DNA of 64,000 nucleotides from Botryllus schlosseri (GCA_051294905.1 CM119372.1:30010001-30074000); one strand, 5' to 3'; shown: positions 13,937 to 27,929, numbered from the stretch's first letter. Made by a program: numbers and translations. Notes: generated by a model from the letters alone, not told the origin.

Positions 13937-16682
13937 TGGAAAAATAAGATTCAGTAGGCCTACTTGATTATCAAATTAGATTTACTTGAGTAAACGTGAG
14001 AAGTTATAAGTTTCTACGAGGTGAGGTCCTGTTAAAAACCACTAACTTGATTATTTCGGAATAGAATAGACGATCAACTTCATTCGTCAAGCGGCATAAG
14101 ACCCCTCATACATACATACACAGTACACACTTACATTAGCTGATTGGGGCTGTCTATCCTTACGAGGATGCTTGGTAAAAACGAGGAAAGGTCCTTGAAC
14201 AGTAGTTGCGGACTTACTTGCACTAATTACTAGCTACATAATACAACAAGTTACCGCTCGTGATGTAACTGTCCTCATTTGTATGCATAGCCTACGAGAA
14301 ATTGCTTACTGAGGGAGGTACTTTTTTGAAGATTGCAACAACATAGCCATATATGTATTTATCCCGTATACACAATATTTGCATAACACGATATTTGAAG
14401 GTGGAGATGAACTAACGAAATTTGGTGTCGTAAGGTAGATAATTTTAAACTGTTGGAACTTCGTATCGCTATGATGTCGTATAACACTGTTCCGAGTCCC
14501 AGGACTATCACTGAAGAGGTCGTCGAATGAATATCGTTAGTCAAGATGATCTAACAGAACGAATAGAAGCTCACCGTAACATATACTGCTATTTGACAGA
14601 CTTCAAACATAGCGAAAAGTAATTATGTAAGTCATAACACATGGTCAAGTGTACAAGTACATGTAGAATTAATAATAAATGAGATTTACTTGCTACACCC
14701 AAGTACAGGTTAAAGAAGAGATTTCCGAATGGGTGAATGAGCTAGTTTTTTATTCCAAATTTTGTCTAAAACTGAAACTGTCAAGAACTGATAAAGTACT
14801 CTAAAACCTAGTCACTGTTTACGTGGAGTGAGTCGATGGTGAAGTACTTGCACATTTTGGAGTACTCAAGTATAGGTTTGGCCTGCTTGCGCTATACTTA
14901 ATCAAGTGATTAACTATTTACACTGCATCTACTTCTATTTCAGAGTTGTCGGTTTTTCGAGCAAACTCTACCTTCAATACTTACTTTTTAACTCACTCGG
15001 AAATCATCACTTCTTGTCCTTTACTAGGAATTTACTGCTACTAAAATGTTGAAAAGTACTTCTTTTCAGTGGCCTTGGTGAGCGGTGTCAGTGTCATCTA
15101 TATCCTACGATGCATTTTCGCACCGCAGAATGACTTACCGCGATAAAAATACCAAAAATACATCGAGAATTTGCGAACTCTCAGTGTGCAATATTTGAGT
15201 TTTACGAAGTACCCTTCAAAGTGAGCCTATATGTTGGATATTATTCAAAACCTCATAAAATTACGCGTCGAGCGAGGAATCCTTTAAAATAAGATAGAAG
15301 TAGTCATTTCCGAGTAAGTAAAACGTTAGTACTCCAGATATATTTCTGCTTAATACTATAACTATCATGAAGTTGAAGCACTCCGATATCATAAGGAGTT
15401 GAGAGTATTTGGTGCATGTATGCAAAAAACCTACTTGGCATACTCTGAAAAAGTATGAGTACTTCTTTACTTAACAACTCCAAAGGTTAGCACAGTTTGT
15501 GGTATTTCGATTACCTGCTAATAAAATGTTGAAATGTAATGTACTTTTTTTCAGGGTTCTTGATGAATTATACCAGTTTCATCTATTTCCTACAATGCAT
15601 TTCGCTGTCCTGAATGACTTATCATTACCGTGAAAAAATAGCAAAAATATACCGAAAATTTGGGAAGTCCTTCTATGCGATATTTGAGTTTCAATTTACA
15701 TTTCGAAATTAGCCCAGTTGGATATCAACGGAAACCACGTAAAATTTCACTCCAAGCGTTATGGCTTTAACTCGAGCAAATACGTATTCCGAATTTTATG
15801 AGTGAAATAACCTTCCTTATGTTAAATCTACATAGGTCAGAATAAATCGAAAAAAAAAATGCGGAAGCCTAGGCATCGCGATATAGCTCGGCGTCACACC
15901 CGCGGTCCAATAACGAGAGTGGAATAATATAGAAATCATACCGAACCATTGTAAAAGTGACGTTTCTTAGTTTATGCATATAAAATTTCACATTGTAAAA
16001 GTTAGTAGTCAAGGTCCATTTTTGTTTAATACTGAAACTGTCTTGAATTTGAAACAGGCCTATATCATAAACACTTGAGTAGTTGGTGCATGTAGGCAAA
16101 AAAACTACTTGAGTACTTTGAAGAAATACATGTACTTCTCTGCTCAACATCTCTGAACGATAGAAGTGGAGATATAGTCTACAAACATAACCGGTTACTC
16201 ACTTACTTACTTACTTTGAAATCTGTACTTTTACTTGTATTCGAGCGGAATTACGCGATGTTGAGTACCATCTGACGGCGTTTATCACACTGCTGGAAAA
16301 TTAAGGTTCAGTACTCGAGTATCAAATTAGATTTACTTGAGTGGACGTGAGGAGTTATAATAAGTGATTCTACTAAAGTTTCTATGTGGCGCGGTGCTGG
16401 TAAAACCACCAACTTGATTATTTCGGAATATAGAATAGAAGACCAGCTTCTATCATCAAACACCATAAGACCCATCATTCATACATACATACTTACAATA
16501 TCTGCTTGGGGCTGTCTATCCTTATTAAGGTGCTTGGTAAGAACGCGGTAAAGCCATTGAACAGCATCAGTTGCGGGATTAATCGCACCAATTACTAGGT
16601 ACATAATAACGCAAGTTAACACAAGTTGCTTCGATCCTTGGCTTACGTGCACCAATTACCAGCTACATAATACAACAACTTA
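13937..16682 (+). repeat. Direct duplication of about 320-390 bp (13937-14254 and 16295-16682)
   Basis: Shared TATCAAATTAGATTTACTTGAGT, AACTTGATTATTTCGGAATA, GGGGCTGTCTATCCTTA and AGCTACATAATACAACAA in the same order. Confidence 0.8.
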
Positions 16683-18374
16683 ACACTTGTAGAACACGAT
16701 ATTTGCTCTTGGAGAACTGACGATAGTTTCGAAGTCTCACTTCGGGGGTATTAAAATATACGCTTTAATCAACATAACGACTTGACACTGGAAAAACGCG
16801 TTCACGTTATTCAATAACTCGATTCTCGAAACTTGTTGCTTGTGTGATTTACCACTGGTGTGCAAAGGGTTAGGAACGTTAGAAATATAGTTCCACATTC
16901 CATTTGTTTTGACGGAATGGAAAATCATTCGATAACTCGACGCTTCTCGTTAGTAGAGTAAATTGTTGTATAATATTTCCTAAAATACAAACTCGGACGA
17001 AATCATGAATATGTAGGACTTACCTTAAACATATATCGTGCACACACAACTTTGTTACAAGAACTACGATATTCATGTAAGTACTAGCTCTGTGTTGGGT
17101 TATTTGAATATTAGGATACGTGACCATTCATGTAAAAAAGTTATCTTGATATCAAAAACCTTTTGTAGAGACTATATCATTCTATAGTTTGAAAACGCGT
17201 ATATTCATTCTTCAGTTTCATAGTAAGCGAATATCGGGTAAAGTCGATTACTCATTTATCAGCAGTAAATTTCTATTAAAGTACAAGAAGTGACGATGTC
17301 CGAGCGGCTAAACAAGTAAGTATTGACTTCTTCCGAGTACTTAAGTACGTTTTTTGCCTACATGCACCTAATACTCTCAAGTGTTTATGATATTGTACTG
17401 GTTCAAATCCGTTATAGTTTCAGAATTAAGCAGAAATAGACCAAGAATACTGACGTTTTACTTAGTCGGAAATAGGTACTTCCACCATAATTCAAAGGAT
17501 TTGTCGCTCGGAGCAAAATTCTACGAGGTTTTGGATAATGATCAACATGTAGGCTCACTTTGAAGGGTAATTTGTAAAACTCAATTATCGTATAGTGAGA
17601 GTTCGCAAATTGTCGATGTATTTGTGCTATTTTTCATTGCGATAAGTCATTCTGAAGTGTGAAAATGCATTGTAGAATATAGATGAAACTGGGCCCGCTC
17701 ATCAAGGCCAATGGAAAAGTACATTTCAACATTCTATTACCAGTAAATTTCTTCTGAAGTACATGAAGTGCTGATTTCCGAGCGACTAAAAAAGTAAGTA
17801 TTGAAGGTATTATTTGTCTGATAACTGAAAACTCTGAAATAGAAATAGAAGTAGATGAAGTCTAAATAGATAATCACTTGATTAAGTATAGCGCAAGCAG
17901 GCGAAACCTATACTTGAGTACTCCAAATGTACAATTATTTCGATATGGAGAGGGTTTTGATAATATCCAATATGTAAGCTCACTTTGAAGGATAATTCGT
18001 ACAACTCAAATATTTCGCAGTGAGAGTTTGCAGATTCTCGATGTATTTTTGCTATTTTTCGTTGCGATTAGTCATTCTGCAGTGCGAAAATGCATGATAG
18101 GATATAGTTGAAACTGGCGCTGCTCATCGAGGGCATTGAAAAAAGTACATTTTAACATTTTAGTATCAGTAAATATTTAGTAAAGTGCAAGAAGTGATGG
18201 TTTCCGAACGAGTAAATCAGTAAGTATTGAAGGTATAGTTTGTCTGAAAACCGAAAACTCTGAAATAGAAGTAGATGCGCTGTAAATAGATAATCACTTG
18301 ATTGAGTATATTGCTACCAAGGCAAAACCAATACTTGAGTACTCCAAAATGAACAAGTACTTCGCTATCGACTC
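14830..18374. repeat. Large imperfect inverted-repeat complex built from a ~420-bp AGTA/TACT-rich unit
   Basis: 14830-15255 is the reverse complement of ~17950-18374 and of ~17525-17930; partial direct copy at 15500-15760; 16062-16120 is inverted relative to 17335-17392. Confidence 0.85.
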
Positions 18375-18632
18375 AAAAGGTAGTTTTCTAACTACTCTAC
18401 AAAATCCGTACTGTAAGACTTTAGTATATTGGAAAAGTATTTGAATCTAAAAATATTAATCCCCATAAAACGTACTGGATGTGGGGTTCGAAGCCTGGAC
18501 TAATAAGAGGAGCGTGATTGAAAATAGACGGAGGATCACTGGATTAAAGTTTACTGAATACCCCGCAATGTAAAATTATTATATACTATACAAAATCCGG
18601 AGTGTAAAAGTCTTTAGGGCATCGGAATAGTG

Positions 18633-18868
18633 TAGTTTTCTTTCTACTTTACAAAAGTCATACGATTTTTCGTGTTGCGTTCCGGGATAAAATGTAATTT
18701 TTCGCGCTTTTTAAGTTTTTAATTTTATTTTTTATTATTTTCAGTTATCAGGCATAGTTCTCTATCTACTTTACAAAACTCATACTATTTTTCTTGTTGC
18801 GTTCCGGGATAAAATATAATATTTCGCGCATTTTAATTTTTTAATTTTATTTATTATTTTCAATTATC
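18633..18868. repeat. Tandem repeat, 2 x ~122 bp
   Basis: TCTACTTTACAAAA...TGTTGCGTTCCGGGATAAAAT repeated in units starting at 18633 and 18755. Confidence 0.85.
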
Positions 18869-18891
18869 TGCCAAACTATACCTTTAACGAA

Positions 18892-19420
18892 AAACAGATT
18901 TACGCAAAAGTCTGTAGAGAACTGCGTTAGTTTTAAAGGTGTTACCTCATGAAATGTGTGATCAAATTTGGTATGGTGTATTGTTATTATGTCCTACAAC
19001 TGCGTACCAACATTCAAGGTGAGAATTTAATGTTAGCATGCTAATTCTGTTATTAAAATTGACTATGTATAGGTATATGCTATATATTCATGCAAAACAG
19101 ATGTGCGTAAAAGTCGGTATTTGACTGCGTTAGTTTTAAAGTTGTTCCATCATTAGACGTGTGATGAAATTTAGCATGGTGCATTGCCATAATGTCCTAC
19201 AAATACGTATCAAGTTTCGAGTTGGGATTCAATGTTCAGCATGGTAATTCCGTTATTAAAGTTGACTATGTATAGGTACGTGCTATACGCTCCCGCAAAA
19301 CAGATGTACGCAAAAAGTCGATGTAGAGCCGCGTTAGTTTTCAAGTTGTTCCATCATGAAATGTGTGAGGAAATTTGGTATGCTGCATAATCACAATGTC
19401 CTGCAACTATGTACCAAGTA
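18892..19420. repeat. Tandem repeat, ~2.6 x ~200 bp
   Basis: Units start AAAACAGAT at ~18892, ~19094, ~19297 and share GCGTTAGTTTT, AAATTTRGYATG and ATGTCCT. Confidence 0.85.
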
Positions 19421-21019
19421 AACAATATTTCGAATCGTGGGTAGGAATAATTTTTTAAAAAACCTAAATATGGCGCATCCAACTTCGTAAATTTTTTCGG
19501 TTAGTTTTTTCGTTTCTATCTACTTTAAAAGACTCATTCACACCTCGAAACTACGTGAACACTTGTTCATTGGAACTTGAGTCCAACACCAAAAAGCTCT
19601 ACTTTACAAAATTTTCGGAATACCGATTTTTTGGGTAAATTCTGTTATGCGCTTAGTTACTGACTCTGAAAGCAAGCAAAGTTTGTGGTATTTGATCAAC
19701 ATGGAAATTCGTGCACTTTGCGATGATAATTTAAAATACAGAGTATTAAAGTCATTAATGCATCGGTCGCAATTCCGCTGGAATACAAGTACAAGTAGAG
19801 ATTTCAAAGCACGTACGTGCTTATGTTTCTAGGCTACTTTTACTTCTAATTAACGGGTTTTCATACAAATCTGCTTACTTTTATAACTTTATATTTTGTG
19901 AAGTAGAGAGTAGTTTAAGGTTATGTTAGTATAACCTTGACGAGTGCTATTGTCACACTCGATCATCATCTTTAAATCAGGGCTATCTCAATGATGTTGA
20001 CTAAATTTACGGCTTCAGAACGCGCTAATTAGACCTTATCGCTATGGCGCTGGGGTTCGCGTACAGGCATCGAAAGTGTTTGTATAATCAAAGCCCTGTG
20101 AATCGCACGCCTGCGGCTATAGTTCGTTCGATTATTTTCGCCTTGGGATTCGCGTATATGCTACTCAGCTGTTACGATTTCGGATCGCGCACATGCGAGT
20201 GATTTGTTTTCGCAGCTCCGAACTTGAGAATCGCTTGCCTGCGTCTAATGAAAATAAGTCGTAAAATGTGGAGCCTGCAGAGACCGTAACTTGTATACAT
20301 AAAATCAAGTTTAAAAATATGGACGGATGAGTTATCTCTGACCAATAGAGTAATATAACCGCCTATAGTTTAGTGGGGTATTGCTATAATGTATATCCAA
20401 ACAATCGTTGCAGACTCTGAATGTTACCAAGGTCCTTATCACAAACAAATCATGCATCAGAAGCGTAGGGATTAATATTATCAAGTCGCAGCGCTCAAAA
20501 TCGCATTTTATATTAATTAATTAGTGATGATGTGTAGAATTTTGATATATCATCATAAAACCACACCCAGTTCAGTGTTGCTCATATTATCCGTGAAAAT
20601 ACAAAGTCCTAAATACACATAATAATATCTGGCGAATATAGCCTAGCATAGACAACATAGTTTTTGGTTATCATGACAATAACTTAGCGGGCACGATGAA
20701 CGTAAATAGCCTCAGGGGCGGGGATTGGCGGGGCACAAAAACGAATCATAACCTACTCTTATGCCGTACATTATGTGAGTTCTGAGCAGTGATGGGATGT
20801 GTCGAGTCATGACTTGACTCGAGTCTTAGGTATGACTTGAATTGACTCGAGTCACTTTGCAAAACTGACTTGGCTCGACTCGGCGCTTCCAAAATGTGGA
20901 TTGACTCGTGACTCGGAGTTTATCTATGATTTATGAGTCAATCTCAAGTCATCAAGTAAACAGTGACGAATAAATCACCGTATCTTATGTATGTTCGGAT
21001 TGTTCGCGATACGCTAGTG

Positions 21020-22187
21020 CAGGGGTTCTCAGCACTTTTTTTGGCCGTGGCCCATTTTCCGGTTTAAAAATGTGCTGTGGCCCACCTGATATCTTAGAGT
21101 GTTAGACTCTTAGAGTCATAATCCTGTTTAATGCGTGGTCATATACAGCGCCGATATGCCTATTTATCTAAAATATTGGCATTTTTCTCTAACTGATGAC
21201 ATTCAAATCTCGATCTCCCGCAAGTTGAATAAATATCCTCCAACAAACCACCAACGAAATAATCTTGGCCCCTTCGAGCCCCATCCGATCATAAGCTGAA
21301 ACTCATAAGTGGATTATTTTCTTCCGCTGCTCCATTCGCGTCGCGAAACACAATGATCAGAAACCCGCACTGTGCGATTGGGACTTTAGTGATACTATTG
21401 TGGGGAATATTATAATCATTCTGGGCCAGCATCAAACAATTCATTGGTGAATGGGGTACTACAGAAAAGTGAAGAAAGATTTTTCAATATGCATGACGTA
21501 CTTTGTATGTCTTGTACCAAAACAGCTGAAGTTGCGATGTCAGCAGAATATTCAATCCAATGATACAATCAATTCCTGTGACTCCTTCATTATGTACAAT
21601 GATTTCCAGGTCAGACATTTTAAACCGACTTCAAAGATTAATGCGCTCCGATAAATCCTCAATCCATTAATATTTGATGCGGTGGTGCAGTATACCTCCG
21701 CCAGAAGTTACTAATAATTTGCTATTATGTCTATTTTAGCTTACAATAATACCGCCTGCCGAAGTACAGTAAATCTGTACATCAGTTGCACTTCATTGCG
21801 AGTTCATTGCATACCCCTTTCAACGGCATGCGACATATGACCATGCTGGGATACTTGGTCACTTCAGCATTATCTTCCAGTTATTATATACGCTTGAAAT
21901 TATTTTAGTTGCTGTCAGCTGTAGGTTGTCATGGCCAGTAGAAAAAGCCACCGTTTCTCCCTAACGTTTTCGATTTATACATGCTGACTTCATACATGCC
22001 ACTACATCTAATCAGAGTCGGATGAAAAACTTTATGTAGCCTGCGTATAATTAGAGAATACGAATATATTTTTAGCGAATAACATAAGAAATACGGTATA
22101 ACCAAACTTCCATTAATTTTAAAATTTTCTAAATAGCTCTGTGGCCCACTTCAAAATGCTCTGTGGCCCACCCTTTGAGAACCCCTG
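21020..22187. mobile_element. Charlie/Buster-type hAT non-autonomous element (GTGGCCCA subterminal motifs)
   Basis: TIR CAGGGGTTCTCA...TGAGAACCCCTG; exact TSD CGCTAGTG. Confidence 0.93.
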
Positions 22188-22981
22188 CGCTAGTGTCAAT
22201 AGTGAGAACAACCTGCCACTCACTGATTGTACGTTTCACTGGTCGTCAATTGTTACATCACAAGTAAATCTACCGCAAACGAAAAGATCACAGCTTACGT
22301 TGTAGCAGTAGTAGTAGTAGTAGGCCTAGTATAGATTCATCTAATAGCAACGTATCTATGTTTCTTAGATGGCTCAGTGCTTACATTGCGCAGTGCTCCC
22401 CTTTACCAACCCTCTTGTATAATTTTAATCGAACGAATATAGTTTATGCGTTTATATTCTCGTGGATGTGTCAGGGTTGTAATGACTCGAGTCATGACTC
22501 GACTCGAGTCAGACTCGAGTCACGATTTTTTTATGACTCGACTTGACTCGAGTCATTTTCTTGAAATGGGAAAATGATTCGACTCGACTCGAGTCAATAT
22601 TTGGATTGACTCGACTTGTACTCGAGTCATTACGCATGACTCGACCCAAGTCATTGACTCGGCTTATTTTTTATGACTTGAAGATGAAGAAATTTGCGAA
22701 TCATAACGGCTAGATCAACGCATCCGACGAATTCTTCCGACATCGCTATTTGTCACCACTGCTTTCGTTGCACTTGTCTGATATCAGATATGCCGCCGTA
22801 AAAACAACAGAAAATGATACATAGTAGCAATGCATTGTACAAAATCGTCCAGTGATGAAGAGGTAATAGATCCTCCGCAATTAAAGTACTCAAGACTTTT
22901 CAATTATACAAGCAAACAATTGAATCAAAGTTCGATTAGAGCCAATGAAATGACTCAGATGGTGAAGAGACTGATAAGCTC

Positions 22982-23209
22982 ATGTGTAGATTTGAAGGCG
23001 ATGATTCTTTGCATTTTTGGGCGACTAGAAGGAATGAGTATTCAATGCTCTTCAGTGTGGTTCAAAAATGCTTGTCAATTCCTGCATCTAGTGCACTAGT
23101 GGAACGTGTATTCAGTAGATGTGGATTCATTCTACGGCCATGCCGCTTTAACATATTTGAGGATCTCCTTTCCACATTAGTATTTTTGAGGTGTAACTCA
23201 TTGATTTGA
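22982..23209 (+). pseudogene. hAT transposase C-terminal dimerisation domain (Ac/ZBED1-like) remnant
   Basis: DSLHFWATRRNEYSMLFSVVQKCLSIPASSALVERVFSRCGFILRPCRFNIFEDLLSTLVFLRCN matches L.FW......P.L..A..L.IPASSA..ERVFS..G......R..L.....L.FL..N. Confidence 0.9.
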
Positions 23210-23322
23210 TCTGCTGTCTGTGAAAACACACAATGCCCCTCGTCCATTTGACGTTTTGTTAGGTATGTGCACTGTGCACGTGAGTAATAATGAATGGCTA
23301 ATGTTGTGTGATGTTTGTACAA

Positions 23323-23805
23323 TATGGCTGTTCTAAAATAACTTCTTTTTTATTTTACTGGGTGGTTACATGATAAAATTGTTATGTTGCATAAAAGGAA
23401 CACTGAATATGGCTTAATTTGAAAAAAGTGGAATCAATGATGTGAGAGGAGAATATTTTGGATTTGAAAATAAATGGAGTATTTTAGTGAGAAATTCTTT
23501 CATATAATATAATTACATAGTAATAAGCCGACTATTTTTTCATATCCAAAACATTCTTCTCTAATAACTTCACTTTTTCTAGTTGGAATTGAGTCAAATT
23601 TGCTATGAATCATATTTTGACACAATGTAACAATATCACGAGATAGCCGGTAAAATTCGAAAATCTCTATTTGTAATTAGTCTAAAATTTTCTTTCATAG
23701 CATTGCTTTTTACTGGCTGGAATTGATCCAAATTTGATTTTTAGGCAATCTAGCAATTTTAAGAAGTAGCCGGAAAATTTGAAAAAATGTTTTTGAACAG
23801 CCCCA
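23323..23805. mobile_element. MITE related to the TAGGGCT foldback family (third nesting level)
   Basis: Ends TATGGCTGTTCTAAAA...TTTTGAACAGCCCCA; exact TSD TTGTACAA; internal AATTG(A)GTCAAATTT-like motifs shared with 49851-50527. Confidence 0.8.
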
Positions 23806-25269
23806 TTGTACAATTATTTCTCCAATGCTGTAACTGCGATGTAGTCGGTAATGCAATTGGGAAAACCTTTAGTATAATCAAAAGGTATCTGTTCTGTTGT
23901 CACTGCACAATGCACATAGTTGCATGCACGCTTTTACAGCATGCTGGCCTGTTGTAAATACCTCTACATAAACATGCATCTATTGATTCTCTATCAACTA
24001 GTATCTTGACGTGAATTTGTTGGTTCTCTATCAGATAGTATGTAGACGTGAATTCGTTGGTTCTCTATCAGCTATTCGTGAGCTATCGTCGATGTGTTCA
24101 TAATAAAAACTGAATGCTTGTATTGGTGATGTATCAGACTGACAAGAGAGATATTTGATTTTAAGTTCTAAGATTAGTAAAGTTATCTTTAGCATCGGTA
24201 AATGAGGCCAGGACCTGTCCGTTATCTGCCTAAATAAACACGTGCCAAGACTCTGATAGGGACAAAATGAGCATGTTTCGCAAACAGGGAATTCGATATC
24301 ACCCAAGCAGGATTGAAAACATGAGTTGAACATGACTTCAATACTGTGACTTGGACTCGACTCGAGTCATAACACCATGACTCGGACTTGACCCTTTAAA
24401 CGGTGACTTGGACTCGGACTCGAGTCTGTGATGAATTGAAAATGACTCGACTCGACTCGAGTCAAAACCACAAAAGTATGATTGACTCGTGACTCGGAAC
24501 CATGTGACTTGGTTACAACCCTGGGATGTGTTGATGGGTAGTGTATTGTACCATATCAATTTCTATCAACTTCTCGAGGCCTCGTATTCGGTCCTCTAGT
24601 TTGGCTGCTAATAACGGGCTGTAGCTTGCAGCTATACAGTTACTCAGCTTTTTTATTAGCAGTTGTAGGTGTACGTGAGCGATACGACACCATTTTGCAT
24701 GTATATTTAACTTTATTTTCGTTATCTGATTCCAGATAAATAGCCAATTAATCTGTTTTTCATACCACTAACAAAATTTAATGACTTTGAATCATCACTC
24801 ATACTTCGAAAATTCAATTTGACTTGAGTTGTGACTTGACTCGTGACTTGACTCGACTTGACTCGAGTCAAATTGTGCAATGACTCGAGATGACTCGTGA
24901 CTCGAAGGTAGTGACTTGTTCCTAACACTGGTTCTGAGCATGTGCTGATCGTGTTATTGTCACGAGGCAGTAGCTGAACATCTCCACTCATACTGTTGTG
25001 ATGCTGTCGTCTTGTTACACGCGCGTTGCTGTCTTCATTGTGCATTGACGTCGTTTTGTCGTATTGATCGTCGAAAGTATAATCTCGCGTCAATGATTCG
25101 GGGTATTCTGGCTATTCTTTCTAGTCGCATGTCTTGGCGTCTTTTTGTATTGCTGTTCCTCTGTGTGGTCGTCGTCAGCTGGTCGACCGGTCGTAATTCA
25201 AAGTAGGAAAGTCGTTAGCGCAGTGCGACACAAGGACGCCGCGACGAAACGCGCTCCGACAGTCTAGCT

Positions 25270-26628
25270 CAGTGGTTCCCAGCCTTTTTCGACTCATCAC
25301 CCCCGTATCAAGATCGTCACAAATTTTCGCCCCCCAATATTTACGGATTCGAATAAGAGGACATATATATACGGGAAATTTATTCAATTAACTCTGATCG
25401 CTGATGAATTGACTAGAAAAAGGTCATTTATCCGTGTAGGTGATCGGAAAATCTGTGGCCGCATCTACTTTCCGTTGAGTTGACTTTCTTTTAGTGAACT
25501 TTCGCGTCGTATGCAGGATAAGCAGTCTTGACGTGTAATTTTTGGGCGTGGTAATTAAATAGAGGGACATGTGGTGCCGATGAGACACTGGGACCGAAAA
25601 TACTTAAAAATTCTCTATGATAACCCCATGATTACTCTCCGTGAATTTGTCTACAATTGCATGCTGTCAGAATCTTTCCTCACATGCAAAAAACTTCAAC
25701 CTGCAGGAGTTGGGGTCTCTGACAGATGTTTTCTGTTTTTTTGGGTGTAAAATAAACTTCGATCGACGCAGTCATTTTTCTTCGTAACATTCAACACAAA
25801 CGAACCTGCAATAATTTTTAATGTGAAGTGTAGGTTTGTACCAGGCTATATAACGGCATATATTTTTTATTCAATACCCTCCTTGAGTGATTTTTTTTTC
25901 AATTCAATCGAATACGTAATTTATACAGTTGAGGCCAATGGTACCACAGCCAAATCAAGCAACATAGTTGGACTATAACTAGTCATGCAAAAACAGAAAC
26001 ACGCCTACACACATAAACGCTGTATTTAATAATTACCTGTGATGTTTTATCGCTATAATGAGCTATTTGGAAGTCAAAATCTCGATATAGGCCCACGGGC
26101 AATGAGTATGTACCCTCAAATTTGTAAGTTTTGTGCTTAAATCGAAACGTGGCAATGGCAACATTTGAGGTATTATTTATTCTATTTTCTCGACGGTTAC
26201 GGTCAAACATCCCTTTTGGCTTGCTGCAGCTTAGATTATTTTACACCGCAGGAAAACTTGGAACATTTAAGTGTTTTTTATGTCTCATAGGTTCTCAGGT
26301 CGTGTTCCTTCCGAACCAACGGGTGAGGACCGATGATACGTTCGAGCAACAACTTTTTTACGTTCATAAATATTTTTTTCAATTGGTGGATATTCATGTA
26401 TATATATCCGATAGGTAGAGTTTGTATCAAAGTGTTGAGCCAGCAAAAGATCTGCTTTTATCTGCTGAAGATTTGAGGGCCAGAGATCATATTGCAATTC
26501 TTGATCCATCGGTACCACATCATCCCCTATATCTCACAGGACGTTCTAACATTTTCGCCTATCAATCGCCCCCTTTGGTGTTTTCGTCCGCTTGTTTCAT
26601 ATGATATCACCCACGTTGGAAGACCCTG
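25270..26628. mobile_element. Charlie/Buster-type hAT non-autonomous element
   Basis: Ends CAGTGGTTCCCAGC...GTTGGAAGACCCTG; exact TSD GTCTAGCT. Confidence 0.88.
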
Positions 26629-27273
26629 GTCTAGCTGTCTTTATAACCCCACAGATGTAATTCGAATTTAATTATAATTTCAAAAGACTCTTTGGGGTAC
26701 AGAACTTTAGTATAGATTTAAGTAATAAATTCATTTCATAATTATATTGAAACCAGAAGCTTTTTCGAGCTGACACTCTTCACAGGCAATCGTCAGCAAA
26801 TAGATAATTTCAATAACTTGCATTTAACTACATTGCATACATCCAATCGTGACGTCATAAAATTGAAAACAACATTTAATACAGGCAAAACGCGAGCGCA
26901 GCTAGCGGCCAATTTTTAGCTTAAGCGAACGCTCCTTTTACTCGCATAAGTGCGGTTGATGGATCTTAATAAACGTCGATTCAAGTGCGGACAAATGGTA
27001 AAGTCTGCGGACTTTGAATAAGTGAGAATCTCTCGTCACTATAGTTTTTGGCTCAAGTAGCATGGTCAGCTAAATGCATGCCAATGGCAGAATTCATAGG
27101 GAATGTGCATAACGGTGTGTTTGCAATGATTTTATCCACATGACAAAATTGTGTATCGATATATTCCACTATAGTGACCCCTGGACTAATGTATCTTTAT
27201 ATTGGTAATGTATCGGACGTGCAAGACACGCATATATCATCGTAACCCCAAAGAATTGTAAAGTTACATATTG

Positions 27274-27832
27274 CAGGGTTGCAACCAAGTCACAAGGCTC
27301 CGAGTCACAAGTCAATCTCACTGGTATATTTTTGACTCTTCAATTCACCACCGAGTCCAGTCCGAGTCCAAGTCAGCGAGCAGATGGTCGAGTTCGAGTC
27401 CGAGACTCGAGTCCGAGTCCAAGTCATTGTGTTGACTGCTCAGTTTCCAGTTAAAGTCTTGCTAAACCGACGTCTCATTACTCTGTTTGGTGATATCGAA
27501 TGGTTCACAATTAGGCCTATACTATACTCATTTTCCTCACTTTTAGCAGTTTCTGGTGGTATTTTCAAGTACCAGTACCAATAGACAAAATTCCAACAGT
27601 GTAGATACTTTACTATTCTTTGAAATTACAATGAAATGTCGGTCTTGGCCGTCTGAGTCTCGAGTAGTGACTTGGTTTGAGTCATGCGCAATGACTTGAG
27701 TCCAAGTCGATTCAATACACAGATTGACTCGAGTCGAGTCCAGTCATTTCTGTATTTCGAGAAAATGACTCGAGTCAAGTCGAGTCATCAGAAAATCGTG
27801 ACTCGAGTCGGACTCGAGTCATTACAACCATG
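27274..27832 (-). mobile_element. Short deletion derivative of the CAGGGTTGTAA/GACTCGAGTC hAT family, reverse orientation
   Basis: Ends CAGGGTTGCAACC...ATTACAACCATG; reverse-complement match to both ends of 22472-24523; TSD degenerate (acatattg/tcaaattt). Confidence 0.85.
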
Positions 27833-27929
27833 TCAAATTTTTGGTGTGTTGTCTATCAGTGCATAATGCATATCCTTGCCGTCTTTTATCTGTATGAATA
27901 AACATGTTAAGAGTGAGAGAAACTGGTAT

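Larger units (their letters stand above)
22472..24523 (+). mobile_element. Internally deleted Ac/ZBED1-type hAT with GACTCGAGTC arrays
   Basis: TIR CAGGGTTGTAA...TTACAACCCTG; exact TSD GGATGTGT; contains a hATC remnant. Confidence 0.93.
20787..24930 (+). mobile_element. hAT-like element of the CAGTGTTGGG/GACTC family, expanded to 4.1 kb by three nested insertions
   Basis: Ends CAGTGATGGGA...TCCTAACACTG; exact TSD GTTCTGAG; removing the inserts leaves a sequence colinear with 2032-2906. Confidence 0.92.
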
